Shown: positions 1 to 9,310 of the stretch, one piece after another
Numbering within the stretch: the stretch's first letter is position 1
Layout: the number at the start of each line of letters is the position of its first letter
IMG/VR virus record: IMGVR_UViG_3300043639_000021
Location: 1 to 61,916 of that record
DNA: 61,916 nt
Source of the DNA: a virus
Lineage: Duplodnaviria > Caudoviricetes
Strand: one strand, 5' to 3'
Made by a program: the position numbers and the translations under genes
The notes under the pieces: model-generated
Seen by the model: only the letters and a program-made list of their open reading frames with translations
The model's database searches: none
What the model was told of the DNA's origin: nothing

Positions 1-795
1 GATCAGGTTCATCGGATCGGTGAACAGCCCGCTGGTCCCCAGCATCAGGGCAACCGGGGTCACCTTGCTGCCGTAGACGTAGACCGGGAGCAGCCCCTGC
101 ACCTGTGCGTCACCGAGTGCGGTCTGCCGTGCGCCGTACTGGTCACGGATCTCCGTCTCGTTGTCCACGGACACGAAGTGCGACATGGCACTGCGGTTCC
201 GCAGGTAGCGGGTGGGCATGGTCTTGAGCGCCTGCTTCACCGCCGCCTTGTCGAAGGCTCCGCCGACGTTCACCACGTTCGCGGTGGACATCTTCAGGTA
301 GCCGTCCTGCAACGCGAGATAGGGATCACCGATGTTCGTGGTGTCACCCTGAATCGCCAGTTCCTCCAAGTCGAGGGCGGCGCGTTCCGCGATCAGGTCC
401 ACGATGGTCTGGTGCAACCCACCCGCGCCGGTCTGGAGCGGCACGTTGACGTTGCCCTTCTCGATGTTGTCTTCCAGCACGTCGTAGGGGATGTTGACTT
501 CCGCGATGACTTCCTTCGTCTCCAACTGCACCTGACCGAGATCAGGCTTGGCCCGCAGTTCCGGCGGCAGGGCGATGGCGCTGACGGCAGGATGGAGGAT
601 GCGCGATCCGAAGCCGATCTTGTTGATCTTCATCTGCGGTGCGCCCATCGCCACGGTACGCACCGACGCCAAGAGCGTGGGCTGGTCAATGAGGGTCCGG
701 ATGAAGCGGTCGGTCTGCTCGGGATTCAGCTTGCCTGCGATCTCCAGATCACTCAGCGCCAGATCCGCTTTCTGGATGATGGCCTCGTTCGTCAT
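1..795 (-). CDS. Major capsid protein (PBSX XkdG / P2-like, HK97 fold); 3' end runs off the window
   Basis: Not in the ORF track (no stop in window). Manual translation from ATG at 795: MTNEAIIQKADLALSDLEIAGKLNPEQTDRFIRTLIDQPTLL...EVNIPYDVLEDNIE...ERAALDLEELAIQGD, typical of this capsid family. Follows protease and scaffold, with a GGAG RBS. Confidence 0.9.
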   Translation of the reverse strand, partial: MTNEAIIQKADLALSDLEIAGKLNPEQTDRFIRTLIDQPTLLASVRTVAMGAPQMKINKIGFGSRILHPAVSAIALPPELRAKPDLGQVQLETKEVIAEVNIPYDVLEDNIEKGNVNVPLQTGAGGLHQTIVDLIAERAALDLEELAIQGDTTNIGDPYLALQDGYLKMSTANVVNVGGAFDKAAVKQALKTMPTRYLRNRSAMSHFVSVDNETEIRDQYGARQTALGDAQVQGLLPVYVYGSKVTPVALMLGTSGLFTDPMNLI

Positions 796-847
796 TGGGT
801 GTCTCCTGCCTTGAATTCAAAAACAACGGTTCAGAGCGATCTGGGTG

Positions 848-1975
848 TTACCGATTGCGCCGACGCAAGTACGCCGTGTCGAACGTGCCCGTGCGGGGAT
901 CGTCGTCCTTCTGGACCCGCATCCGCGTGCTGCCCGCCGGTCGATCTTCGGCCAGTGGCGGAGCCGTCACGGTGGCGTTCAGCTTCTGGGCCACAGTGTC
1001 AGCCTTCTGGACCACGTCGTCAAGGACTTTCTTCTGCATAACTTGTTCAGCAGCAACGGTTTCGAGCTTGGTGCTCAACCCCGTCAACTGCGTCGTGACG
1101 CCCTTGAGTGCGTCGAGGATCTCCGACTTGTACGCCTCATCCGGCGGCGGCTTCTGGTCGTCTTCCTCGTCCACGGGAGCCATCTCGGCGGGCGGATGGT
1201 TCTTGAGCCGCTTCGTCTTCTCGGCCTCCGTCTCGCCACTCTTGGTGGCACCGTTCTTCACCTTGTCGGAGTGGAGCTTCGTCTCCTTGTACGGGCTGTC
1301 GGCCTTCGCCACCGGCTCCTCGTCATCCTCGTCGTCCTTCTTCTCGTCGTCGCAGTCGCACTTCGCCACGATCTCCTTGATCGCCTCGTCCAGCTTGAAG
1401 CAATTGGTCGGCAGCACCGCCAACTGGTTCAGGTACTCGGCGTAGCTGACCAACGCGGCCTCGGCTTCGGCCTGCGGCGTCTCAGACTTGGTGACCGTGT
1501 GCTGCAACCGGTTGTGAAGAAGGGTGGTGGCCGTCTGAAGATCAGGCAGGAACCCATGCTCCTCGACCATTTCCCCGATCCACCCGGAGGGAATCTGGAG
1601 CCCACCCACGGTGACCAGCATCTGATCGCTCAGACGGACCACGTGCGTGTCACCCTTCGCCGGGTTCTGGACGAACACCAGCGTCTCGTCGTCCGACTTC
1701 TGCACCGTATTGGTGATGAAGCCGTGGTCGGTGATCGCCTGCTGCACTTGAGTGCCAGCCGCCTCGTTCTTCTGGGCAAAGACCACGAGTGCCGACACGT
1801 AGGGCTTCGCTGAGGCGTCCGACTTGAACACCGTGGTCAAATCAATGCCCATCATGCTCTCCTTATCACGTTTCAAGACCCGAAAAGGAATACGAGTCGC
1901 TGCGCGGTCCACCAGCGAGATGAAGCGGACATCCGCATCCCGCAACTGCTTCAAGTTGGTTCGGATCGTTGCCAT
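848..1975 (-). CDS. Capsid scaffold / head assembly protein with XkdF-like N-terminal motif
   Basis: N-terminal LRDADVRFISLVDRAATRIPFRVLK resembles the XkdF N-terminal segment. Acidic, coiled-coil C-terminal half with many V/I-x-K-[ASD] sites. Lies between protease and capsid genes. Confidence 0.7.
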   Translation of the reverse strand: MATIRTNLKQLRDADVRFISLVDRAATRIPFRVLKRDKESMMGIDLTTVFKSDASAKPYVSALVVFAQKNEAAGTQVQQAITDHGFITNTVQKSDDETLVFVQNPAKGDTHVVRLSDQMLVTVGGLQIPSGWIGEMVEEHGFLPDLQTATTLLHNRLQHTVTKSETPQAEAEAALVSYAEYLNQLAVLPTNCFKLDEAIKEIVAKCDCDDEKKDDEDDEEPVAKADSPYKETKLHSDKVKNGATKSGETEAEKTKRLKNHPPAEMAPVDEEDDQKPPPDEAYKSEILDALKGVTTQLTGLSTKLETVAAEQVMQKKVLDDVVQKADTVAQKLNATVTAPPLAEDRPAGSTRMRVQKDDDPRTGTFDTAYLRRRNR

Positions 1976-1980
1976 GAACG

Positions 1981-2568
1981 TTACCCCAAAATACGGACAG
2001 TATCAACCGAAGAAAAGCGGTGCCGGTGGCCTGCTGCATCTTGGGTGTGGGTGCCCGCAACAATCGAATGAGAATGACCGTTCACAACATCCGTCATGCC
2101 GCCTTTGAACTGGCCTCGCTCGTCATACGACACAAAGAACGTGTGCCAATGACCATCGTCCGACTTGCTGGTCAAGCCGGTGACCACCGGAGGGATCTCG
2201 ACATCAACCTCCATGTCGTGTCGCGTGACCAGTGCCTCCATGCTGAAGCCATTGATCTCCCCCTTCTTGATCGCGCCCCACAACACGGGATCAGGCACAT
2301 GGACTCCAACCACCCATGAACCGGGAAGAAAACGGGTGTCAGCAGCATCAGCAACAAAGGACTCCACGACGCTGGCACCGGTAATCAGCTTATTCCCGTG
2401 CATCACGTCGATCTGACCCATCTTGCCAGAACGCAGGAACGCATGGGCCATCTTCTGAATCTCGACGGCGGTCATGTACTCGCCCTGCGCGTCAGGACGG
2501 TTGGGGGCATAGACTTCCCCCAGAATCACCTGAAGCTCCTCGCTTTTGACGACCAGTGATTTTGTCAT
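1981..2568 (-). CDS. XkdF-like prohead serine protease with His-rich C-terminal repeats
   Basis: GEVYAPNRPDAQGEYMTAVEIQKMAHAF...IDVMH...VVESF...GSWVVG...WGAIKKGEINGFSME matches the XkdF-type peptidase pattern. The tail has three GHxHx[FI] repeats. Confidence 0.88.
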   Translation of the reverse strand: MTKSLVVKSEELQVILGEVYAPNRPDAQGEYMTAVEIQKMAHAFLRSGKMGQIDVMHGNKLITGASVVESFVADAADTRFLPGSWVVGVHVPDPVLWGAIKKGEINGFSMEALVTRHDMEVDVEIPPVVTGLTSKSDDGHWHTFFVSYDERGQFKGGMTDVVNGHSHSIVAGTHTQDAAGHRHRFSSVDTVRILG

Positions 2569-5066
2569 GCCAGCACCATCTCACGCTTCTTCACCCCAGC
2601 GGCGGGGAGGCCGAAGGCTTGCGTCCACTTCTTGGCGACGTGGTACACCTCGGACATCGTCAAATCCACCGTCACGACATCCATCTCCAAATCGTTGTCG
2701 AGATCGCCGTCCTCGGCATCCCGGCCCACGGCTGCGGCCCACGTGTGATGCCCGTCAATGACGTAGCCATCACTCGACACCGTGATTCGGGCCTTCTTTG
2801 GATCGCGTCCGGGGTGAATCATCATCCCGGCGACTTTCGCGCCTTCCATCTCCGCCTGACTGGCCTTGAGCTTCCGGGCAAGGATCTTGTCGTAGGAGTT
2901 GGTCTTGACGCCTGCCTGATCGAGATGCTTCAGGAACGCATCCGTCGCGTCCACTTCCCCATCGACCACCGGGAGCTTGGAGGCTTCGCTTCCGGGCACA
3001 GGATTCTTGGACTTGAACTGCGGCATCTCGATGCGAGGAATACCGTGGGGGAACTCCGCCGTCCGAATCTTCTCGGTGCAAAACAGACTGACGCCCTTGA
3101 CCGTCATGTTGCACACGTCAAAATTCGGAGCGTCCTTCCCCTGTTTCTTAGCCGCCAACGCAAACTCGCCCAATAACTTCAACACCGTATGCACGTCTTT
3201 GGTGTCTTGAATCTCGACGTTCTGCCCACGGAGTAACCGGACAGCGGCTTCCTCCGCCGTCTTACAGGAATGCACGGGCTGGCTGTTCCGCTTCTTCAAC
3301 TCCTTCTGCATTTCCTGTTGGGCAGGCGTTCCCGTTCCATGCGGCGTTCCCGTCGTCTCGGCGTCCGTGAACTGCCCGCCCTTCGGGCCGTCCTTCACCC
3401 GTGGATGCTGGCTCTCGTTCCACTTCAGCACTGACAGGTAATCCGGACTCTCTTCAGATTCATCAGACTCGGGTTCCACGGTCTGGCCGTACCACGGGTT
3501 GTCGAGATCCAACTGCAAGAGTCCATCGTATAGCTGAAAGACCTCGGCCTGCATCTCAGCCTTCCGCTGACGAGCGTCCTTCCAGTGTGGATCATCCGCT
3601 TTGGTAGCCGCCGTCATCTCCTGCTCTAACTCCGCCAGATGTTCGAAGTAGGCGTAGGTGTTTCGCACCGCAATGGCAGCATCTCCTACCGCTGCGGTGA
3701 TACGTCCGTTGCTCCCCGACTGAGTTTTCTTCCGCTTCTTGGCTCCGGGTTGCTTTTTCTCCGATTCCCCGGAGGACCGGATATCCCCGACCGCGAACAC
3801 TCCCGGCATCGAGGTTTCCAAATCACGATCTACCTCAAGAAACCCACCCTTCGGGCCAGTCTCGGATCGGCCCGTGCGGGCAATGCTGTCAGGGAGCCAT
3901 TCCGTGTTGGGGAGCCCACCCAGAAACAGGCCGACTTCATCAGCGGGAATCCGATCACCGCTTTTGAGCAGGAGAGAGGTGGCTTCGCCCTTGTCATTCG
4001 TCTCAAGGGTACCAATCTCATCGTGAATGACACGAATCTTGGGATTGCTCCGAATCTGACTACGCTGATAGTCGCTCATCCCCTTTTCCAAGGGAGAACG
4101 TGACAATACCGTGACTCGCTTGGCACCGGCATCAGCAGCCGCGAGTGCAGCCTGCGCGGCTCCGTTCGAACCGCCGACCACCACCACTTCCCCATCGACG
4201 CCTTCCGCCGCCAAGGTCTTCCCGTTGAGCACGTGAACGTCTTGAGAGTCCTCTCCGGGGAACCCTGCCCGACGTGGTCGGAGCCCTCCCGCCAAGATGA
4301 CCGTCCTCGACTGGATCACCTGTCCGTTGGACAGCGTCAAGGTCTTGATTTCCGTCTCGGGATCGTAGGTGATGTTGGATACCCGTACACCCAACAGCGT
4401 GTCAGCACGGCTCCGTTTCACCCCCGCGAACATCCCGTTGGCCATCTGTTCGCCGGACACACCTGCGGGGTACCCCGCTTGGGGATCGTTCTCAATCCGG
4501 GCAGAGAACTTGGCCTGTCCCCCCACCTCCGTACTGGCATCGATCAACAGCGTGTCATACCCTTCAACTCCGCCATGGATGGCCGCATTCATGCCACCCG
4601 GCCCTGCCCCGATCACCACGATGTCTCGGAGTCCACCGGGCTTGCCAATCCCCTCCAAGGCTACATTGCCGGGATCGACGTCCATCGAGTAGATCTCTTT
4701 GGTGATGGCAATCTGCTCGGTGACCAGTTCCTTCGCTCGGGGATGATCCGGCCTGTCCTTGTAGGACAGTAGCTCGTTGTTGAGAGTGGCCCAACGTTCT
4801 TTGATCTGCTCAAATCGCTTGGTCTGGGTGGCCTCAACGTCTTGGCTTCCGCCGACACCCACCAATTTCGGCTGCACAGGCGTGTCGCCACCCGCACCAC
4901 CAGCCTTCGCGAATTCCCCGCCATGCCCACCGGGGGAGCCGGTGGGTTGGCGCACGTAATCCCGCTTCAGCATGTGGGTCAGGGGAGGCAGGACTCGCCG
5001 CTCGGTGGGAAGCGGACGCTCCTGCTTCACCGCTGTGCGACTGGTAAAACCACTCGTGAAGGGCAT
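2565..5066 (-). CDS. Tagged polyprotein: TrxB-like FAD/NAD(P) oxidoreductase (no CxxC) + ParB/sulfiredoxin-like domain
   Basis: VVIGAGPGG, VVVVGGSNGA and ETSMPGVFAVGD motifs; second domain LKASQAEM...VSSDGYVIDGHHTWAAA. Tags KRDYVRQPTGSPGGHGGEF and LKWNESQHPRVKDGPKGGQF precede the two domains. Confidence 0.8.
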   Translation of the reverse strand: MPFTSGFTSRTAVKQERPLPTERRVLPPLTHMLKRDYVRQPTGSPGGHGGEFAKAGGAGGDTPVQPKLVGVGGSQDVEATQTKRFEQIKERWATLNNELLSYKDRPDHPRAKELVTEQIAITKEIYSMDVDPGNVALEGIGKPGGLRDIVVIGAGPGGMNAAIHGGVEGYDTLLIDASTEVGGQAKFSARIENDPQAGYPAGVSGEQMANGMFAGVKRSRADTLLGVRVSNITYDPETEIKTLTLSNGQVIQSRTVILAGGLRPRRAGFPGEDSQDVHVLNGKTLAAEGVDGEVVVVGGSNGAAQAALAAADAGAKRVTVLSRSPLEKGMSDYQRSQIRSNPKIRVIHDEIGTLETNDKGEATSLLLKSGDRIPADEVGLFLGGLPNTEWLPDSIARTGRSETGPKGGFLEVDRDLETSMPGVFAVGDIRSSGESEKKQPGAKKRKKTQSGSNGRITAAVGDAAIAVRNTYAYFEHLAELEQEMTAATKADDPHWKDARQRKAEMQAEVFQLYDGLLQLDLDNPWYGQTVEPESDESEESPDYLSVLKWNESQHPRVKDGPKGGQFTDAETTGTPHGTGTPAQQEMQKELKKRNSQPVHSCKTAEEAAVRLLRGQNVEIQDTKDVHTVLKLLGEFALAAKKQGKDAPNFDVCNMTVKGVSLFCTEKIRTAEFPHGIPRIEMPQFKSKNPVPGSEASKLPVVDGEVDATDAFLKHLDQAGVKTNSYDKILARKLKASQAEMEGAKVAGMMIHPGRDPKKARITVSSDGYVIDGHHTWAAAVGRDAEDGDLDNDLEMDVVTVDLTMSEVYHVAKKWTQAFGLPAAGVKKREMVLA

Positions 5067-5717
5067 CTACGTGGATTTGGCCCGCTGCTGTTTTGCAAAC
5101 GACTCTTTGCTGATCCCGAAGGCACCCGTCGCCAGAAGATCATCCATGGACCCACGGTCCAGCATGTCACTCAGCAGACTGCGCCCTCCGCCTTTGGACT
5201 CTGTGGGCTTCGCCTCTGCGGCCTTGCGCTTCTGGTACGCCTCGTGTGCCTGTCGCGTTTCTTCGCGTTGCTTTCGATACGTCTCTTCATACGCCTGCTG
5301 AAGGGCCGCTTCCTTTTGCTTCTTCACGTCCGCTGGAGATTTCGGCGTATCAACGCCAGCCACGAACAGTCCACCGGGAGTCGCCACCGATTGCAGACTC
5401 TCCACCCACTTCCCGAATTTATCGCGCATCTGCTTCGGATCAAACTTCAACACCTCAGCGTACGACCGCTTCTCCGCCTGCTGCCGTTCCTTCCGTCGTT
5501 TGAAGCGACGGGTATCACGGGAGGAGTGTGGTCCCGGTGTCTGGTGTTCAGGGTTGACGGACTCGTTGTAGCCGATGCTGAAGGTGCAAACGGCATGCGG
5601 CTCGTAGCCGCCGCCCTTGGCCTTCACCTTCTCCACACACCTATGCCATTTAGCACTGTGGATGTGGCCCTCACCCTTGAGAGCCGCACGCGTCGTGAAT
5701 CCCGTAGACAGGGGCAT
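5067..5717 (-). CDS. Tagged basic/coiled-coil protein with small two-Cys N-terminal module
   Basis: KWHRCVEKVKAKGGGYEPHAVCT module; tag YAEVLKFDPKQMRDKFGKW. Leader MPLSTGFTTRAALK resembles MPFTSGFTSRTAVK of the next gene. Confidence 0.65.
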   Translation of the reverse strand: MPLSTGFTTRAALKGEGHIHSAKWHRCVEKVKAKGGGYEPHAVCTFSIGYNESVNPEHQTPGPHSSRDTRRFKRRKERQQAEKRSYAEVLKFDPKQMRDKFGKWVESLQSVATPGGLFVAGVDTPKSPADVKKQKEAALQQAYEETYRKQREETRQAHEAYQKRKAAEAKPTESKGGGRSLLSDMLDRGSMDDLLATGAFGISKESFAKQQRAKST

Positions 5718-5726
5718 CGTCAGCCC

Positions 5727-6305
5727 TTAGCTGAAGGACGACCGGCGGGTGGGATCCTTTGAGCCAAACATCTCACGGGCGTGCCGCCGCCGCTGCTCGT
5801 TGCTGAACTGAAACCCCGGCCCTGCGGGGTTCTCGAAAGGCAAATTCGTGGCCTTTGCTGGTGGACTCCCGGCCTTATAAGGCAACTTCTCCACTCGGGA
5901 CTCGTCCATACCTCTCCTGAAGGGCAGATTCTCGTAAGAATCCACCGTTCGTGCCTTGGCCTTGCGCTCCAATTCAATGAGCGTAGTATTGGTTTCGACT
6001 TCCTTCGTGCGGGCCTTGGCCTTGCGTTCCAACTCAATGAGCGTGGGATTCGTCTCCGTCACCCCGTAGTCGAACCGGCTCAGAAACCCCTTGACCATAC
6101 CTTTGAGCTTCTGGCCAAACGCGCCCGTCGTGGGGGCTCCCATGGTGCCACCCGGACGCCCTCCACCGCTGGGAGCAAATCGGCCATCGGACCCGTGGTT
6201 GGGGTTGTACTTCAGCACCCGTTCATAAGGAAGGGTAGCAACAGGCTTCTCGTCCGGGTGTTCCAGCGCGTGGCGTGACATCACGGCTGAGGTATGAATG
6301 GGCAT
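5727..6305 (-). CDS. Tagged basic protein with internal duplication
   Basis: Likely ATG at 6305 after GGAG. Tag YERVLKYNPNHGSDGRF; two copies of ETNxTLIELERKAKART. Confidence 0.6.
   Translation of the reverse strand: MPIHTSAVMSRHALEHPDEKPVATLPYERVLKYNPNHGSDGRFAPSGGGRPGGTMGAPTTGAFGQKLKGMVKGFLSRFDYGVTETNPTLIELERKAKARTKEVETNTTLIELERKAKARTVDSYENLPFRRGMDESRVEKLPYKAGSPPAKATNLPFENPAGPGFQFSNEQRRRHAREMFGSKDPTRRSSFS
5945..6060. repeat. Imperfect 60-bp tandem duplication within a CDS
   Basis: gccttggccttgcg[c/t]tccaa[t/c]tcaatgagcgt occurs twice, 60 bp apart. Confidence 0.8.
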
Positions 6306-6368
6306 GAGGCTCCTGCACTTGATTGCAACCGGTGTGCGTAGTGTACAGGAGGGGGGAGGATGCAACAA

Positions 6369-6530
6369 CTATTTTCTGGGCACCCACAGGGTGGGGACCA
6401 GTAGCTCCTTGGCCCGCTCCGGATGCACGTTCATCGTGGTCACCAGATGCCGGTAGGCTCGTGGTTTCGCCACTGGTTTCGCCATCAACGGTGCAAGGGA
6501 CCGAGTGATCGGCTTGGTCGTAATCGTCAT
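6369..6530 (-). CDS. Small basic hypothetical protein (53 aa)
   Basis: Manual translation MTITTKPITRSLAPLMAKPVAKPRAYRHLV...; start overlaps the upstream stop (ATGA). Below the ORF track cutoff. Confidence 0.45.
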   Translation of the reverse strand: MTITTKPITRSLAPLMAKPVAKPRAYRHLVTTMNVHPERAKELLVPTLWVPRK

Positions 6531-9310
6531 ACCAGATACCCCTTGGCCTGTGCCACCAGTAGATCATCCGTCAAGTCCAGCCCCCACGTGCCCACCGCAT
6601 CCCCGAAGAGCCATTCCCCGATGGTCACCCCCTCGTAGGTGAAAGGAAGCTCCACAAGGGCCGACAGGGCGTCCACCGACCGGTCTTGGAGCAGATGTTC
6701 CACCAACAGACGGTCCCCCGGCTGAAGGGACGCCAGCATCGGCTCGGCAATGGTCAGCGCATGGGTGCGGAGGCTGTCCCACTCCAATTCATCGGGGAGA
6801 AATCCCAGACGGGCGTAGTAGGCCGCATTGCCTGCGACTCCTACGGCGACTTCCGTCGCGGTGGACTTGAGCCCCATGTCAATCAGGGCGCTGAACATCT
6901 GCTTCATGAACGCCAGTTCCCCTTTGGGGTTCCCGGCCTCCAGATCCGCACGGGTCAGGTAGTAGGTGCCGGTGAAGGGGTCCAACAGGGCTCCCAGCTT
7001 GAACTCGATGCCCTGCGGGCTCGATCCTCGGACGTTGAACCCGATGTTGCCAGATTCCTCAAAGCGGATCGGATTAGCCCCAACGCCTTGGCCCTTGGTC
7101 ATCACCTCCTGTGGGGGAAGCCCGGAGAACTTCGACAGCAACTCCACGGGCGTCATGCCGACGTGCTCGTTCCACTGGTCCACCTGTTCGGGGGTGGCGT
7201 CGATGCCCAGTTCCTTCAGATCATCAGCCGTCACCGCATGGAAGGCTTCGGCCTCAGCGGGAACGGTAGGCGTCACCTCCGTGCTCTCCCCAGCGGAGAA
7301 TTGAATCGCTCGGAGGATGGTGCGGCAGTGTGGATGGTACGGGGGGATGTGGAGCCCACGCTCCGTCAATTCCTCGGCACTCATCTGGGCAAACTCTGCC
7401 AGCGCGGCCTTCGTCTGCTTGGGCCATGGCTGCACCACCCGTAGGTCGTTCGGATCCTGTACTTCCAAGACCTCGATGACCTTCCGGCGGGCATCTGGGA
7501 CGTTGAACACCTTGCCGTTGATCAGGCGACAGAATCGACTCGTGCGCCCGTCAAGGATGGCGGTGAGGCGATACCGGGCCATGCCCAGCACTTCGGCCTC
7601 GGCAGTGAACCCCCACGTCGCCAGTCGGCTGCTGTTCAGGCTGGCGATCATCCGGAGGGATTCATCCCCCTGCTTGTCGAAAGACACGAACGGAGTGACA
7701 TATCGCCCGGATACCGGATCTTTCTTCTGCACCGCCGTCCCGAGATGCACAATCTCCTGCCGGTGGTCCTTGTGGCTAATGATGATAGCCGACACCACGA
7801 AAGAACCATCCACGTACAGGTCCGCATACGGTTCGGCCTTCTCCGGTTTACAGTACGCCAAGGTACAGTGGGGTTTGTAAACCGGGAACGACTTCTCCTT
7901 GAAGTCTGCGTGCTTGCCGATCTCTTTCTCGATCTGGCGTAGCTCGGGACTGGCAATCAGGGCCACGACGGGCACGGCTCCGTCACTGTGCTCACTGGCT
8001 GGGAATAGCTCCACCCGGAGGACACGGGCTTCGAAGGGTGCAAGGGTGGAGAGGTAGGCCCGCAGGCCATCGAGATCGTCGTTCTCCAAGCCGTAGCGGA
8101 CGGTCACATGATTAGGGTCTACGTCCTTGCCATCAGCCATGCAGTCCGCATCGGCTATGGTGGCACGGGCAGCATTCAGGGAGGCGGCGGCGGAACTGGC
8201 TGGGTCAATCTGAATCTGGGTGTTGCCGTACGAGTGCTCGGACTTCTGCGCGTGCTTCTCCTTGAACTTCCGGATGGCTGGTCCGTAGTCCGGAGTATCC
8301 AGCAACGCATCGTGCTCACCGGCTAGAATCTCCGCCTGTAATTGGGCATTCGACGCTTTGGCGATATACCGATACTTCTCATGCCACGGACGGGAGGTAG
8401 TGACGAACCGGCTCGGAGGGATCTCCTGCACATTGGACATGTAATCATGATCGCCACGGTTGAACTCCGCAATCCGTGCAAGAGCGTCTGGGCTGGTCTT
8501 GTCCTCCCGGCTGAACAACGGCCCTCGCCCGGAGATTTCATCTGGATCGAGAAAGACCTCGACATAATCCTTGAAATCGTGCGGCTTCGCCGTGGAGAAC
8601 CAGATAGCGTTCGGCTCTCCGTACCCGGCCCCCTTGGCTTTGGTGATAGACAACCCCTCCTTCTCGACGGCATCCATGTCCCCGGTGTAGTGGTAGCCGC
8701 GAATCTTGCCCGGTGGAATGGGGGTGGTACCGGGTTCAGCGGGTACATCAGAGAACTGACCGTGCGTGTCACGGGGATGCTGGCTCTCATCCCACGCCAG
8801 TTTCACCGCTGCGAGATAGCCGTGCTTCTTGGCATTCTTGACGGATTCTGGATCCATCGACACGGGGATCGACGTGAGCCCCTGATCCCGCAACCACGCA
8901 TACCGGTGTCGCCCGTTGGTGAACCCAACCTTGCCGTCCTCATTCACCGTGACTTCAGACGCCTCCATGGAGTCGTTCTCAGCAATGAATTCTCCGAAGG
9001 CAGGGTAGCGGTCATGGATGGCATTGGGACCACCCCCTACACCAAGATAGAACCCGGTTTCCCGCTGGAAGGCGGTATCAAACGCGACGACATTGAGGGG
9101 GACGAGCTTATCCCCGGCGCGAACGGCTCTCAGTGGCTTGACCACCTCAATTCGCCGCTCACCGACCGTGATGAAAGCTTTCTCAAGGAATCGGCCTTTG
9201 GCATCCCGTCGATGCTCCGACTCCTCCCACGCCAGCTTATGCTCGACACGTATCCGCGTGACTCGCTTGATCCAATCCGAATTCTCGGGGCGCTCGTCAA
9301 GATTGATCAC
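6527..9310 (-). CDS. Polyprotein: ParB-like + ART-like + 2H phosphoesterase (Acb1-like) + MuF C-terminal domain + C-terminal extension
   Basis: Tags KLAWEESEHRRDAKGRF and KLAWDESQHPRDTHGQF. FTNGRHRYAWL (ParB-like); GYHYT...AIWFST (ART-like); HVTV...HCTL (2H); LDGRTSRFCRLING...PPYHPHCRT (MuF/SPP1 gp7); YYARLGF (possibly GNAT-like). Confidence 0.8.
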   Translation of the reverse strand: MINLDERPENSDWIKRVTRIRVEHKLAWEESEHRRDAKGRFLEKAFITVGERRIEVVKPLRAVRAGDKLVPLNVVAFDTAFQRETGFYLGVGGGPNAIHDRYPAFGEFIAENDSMEASEVTVNEDGKVGFTNGRHRYAWLRDQGLTSIPVSMDPESVKNAKKHGYLAAVKLAWDESQHPRDTHGQFSDVPAEPGTTPIPPGKIRGYHYTGDMDAVEKEGLSITKAKGAGYGEPNAIWFSTAKPHDFKDYVEVFLDPDEISGRGPLFSREDKTSPDALARIAEFNRGDHDYMSNVQEIPPSRFVTTSRPWHEKYRYIAKASNAQLQAEILAGEHDALLDTPDYGPAIRKFKEKHAQKSEHSYGNTQIQIDPASSAAASLNAARATIADADCMADGKDVDPNHVTVRYGLENDDLDGLRAYLSTLAPFEARVLRVELFPASEHSDGAVPVVALIASPELRQIEKEIGKHADFKEKSFPVYKPHCTLAYCKPEKAEPYADLYVDGSFVVSAIIISHKDHRQEIVHLGTAVQKKDPVSGRYVTPFVSFDKQGDESLRMIASLNSSRLATWGFTAEAEVLGMARYRLTAILDGRTSRFCRLINGKVFNVPDARRKVIEVLEVQDPNDLRVVQPWPKQTKAALAEFAQMSAEELTERGLHIPPYHPHCRTILRAIQFSAGESTEVTPTVPAEAEAFHAVTADDLKELGIDATPEQVDQWNEHVGMTPVELLSKFSGLPPQEVMTKGQGVGANPIRFEESGNIGFNVRGSSPQGIEFKLGALLDPFTGTYYLTRADLEAGNPKGELAFMKQMFSALIDMGLKSTATEVAVGVAGNAAYYARLGFLPDELEWDSLRTHALTIAEPMLASLQPGDRLLVEHLLQDRSVDALSALVELPFTYEGVTIGEWLFGDAVGTWGLDLTDDLLVAQAKGYLV

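Noticed and set aside
3650-4630. Calling the domain trxB
   Set aside because: No redox-active CxxC, and it is embedded in a tagged polyprotein.
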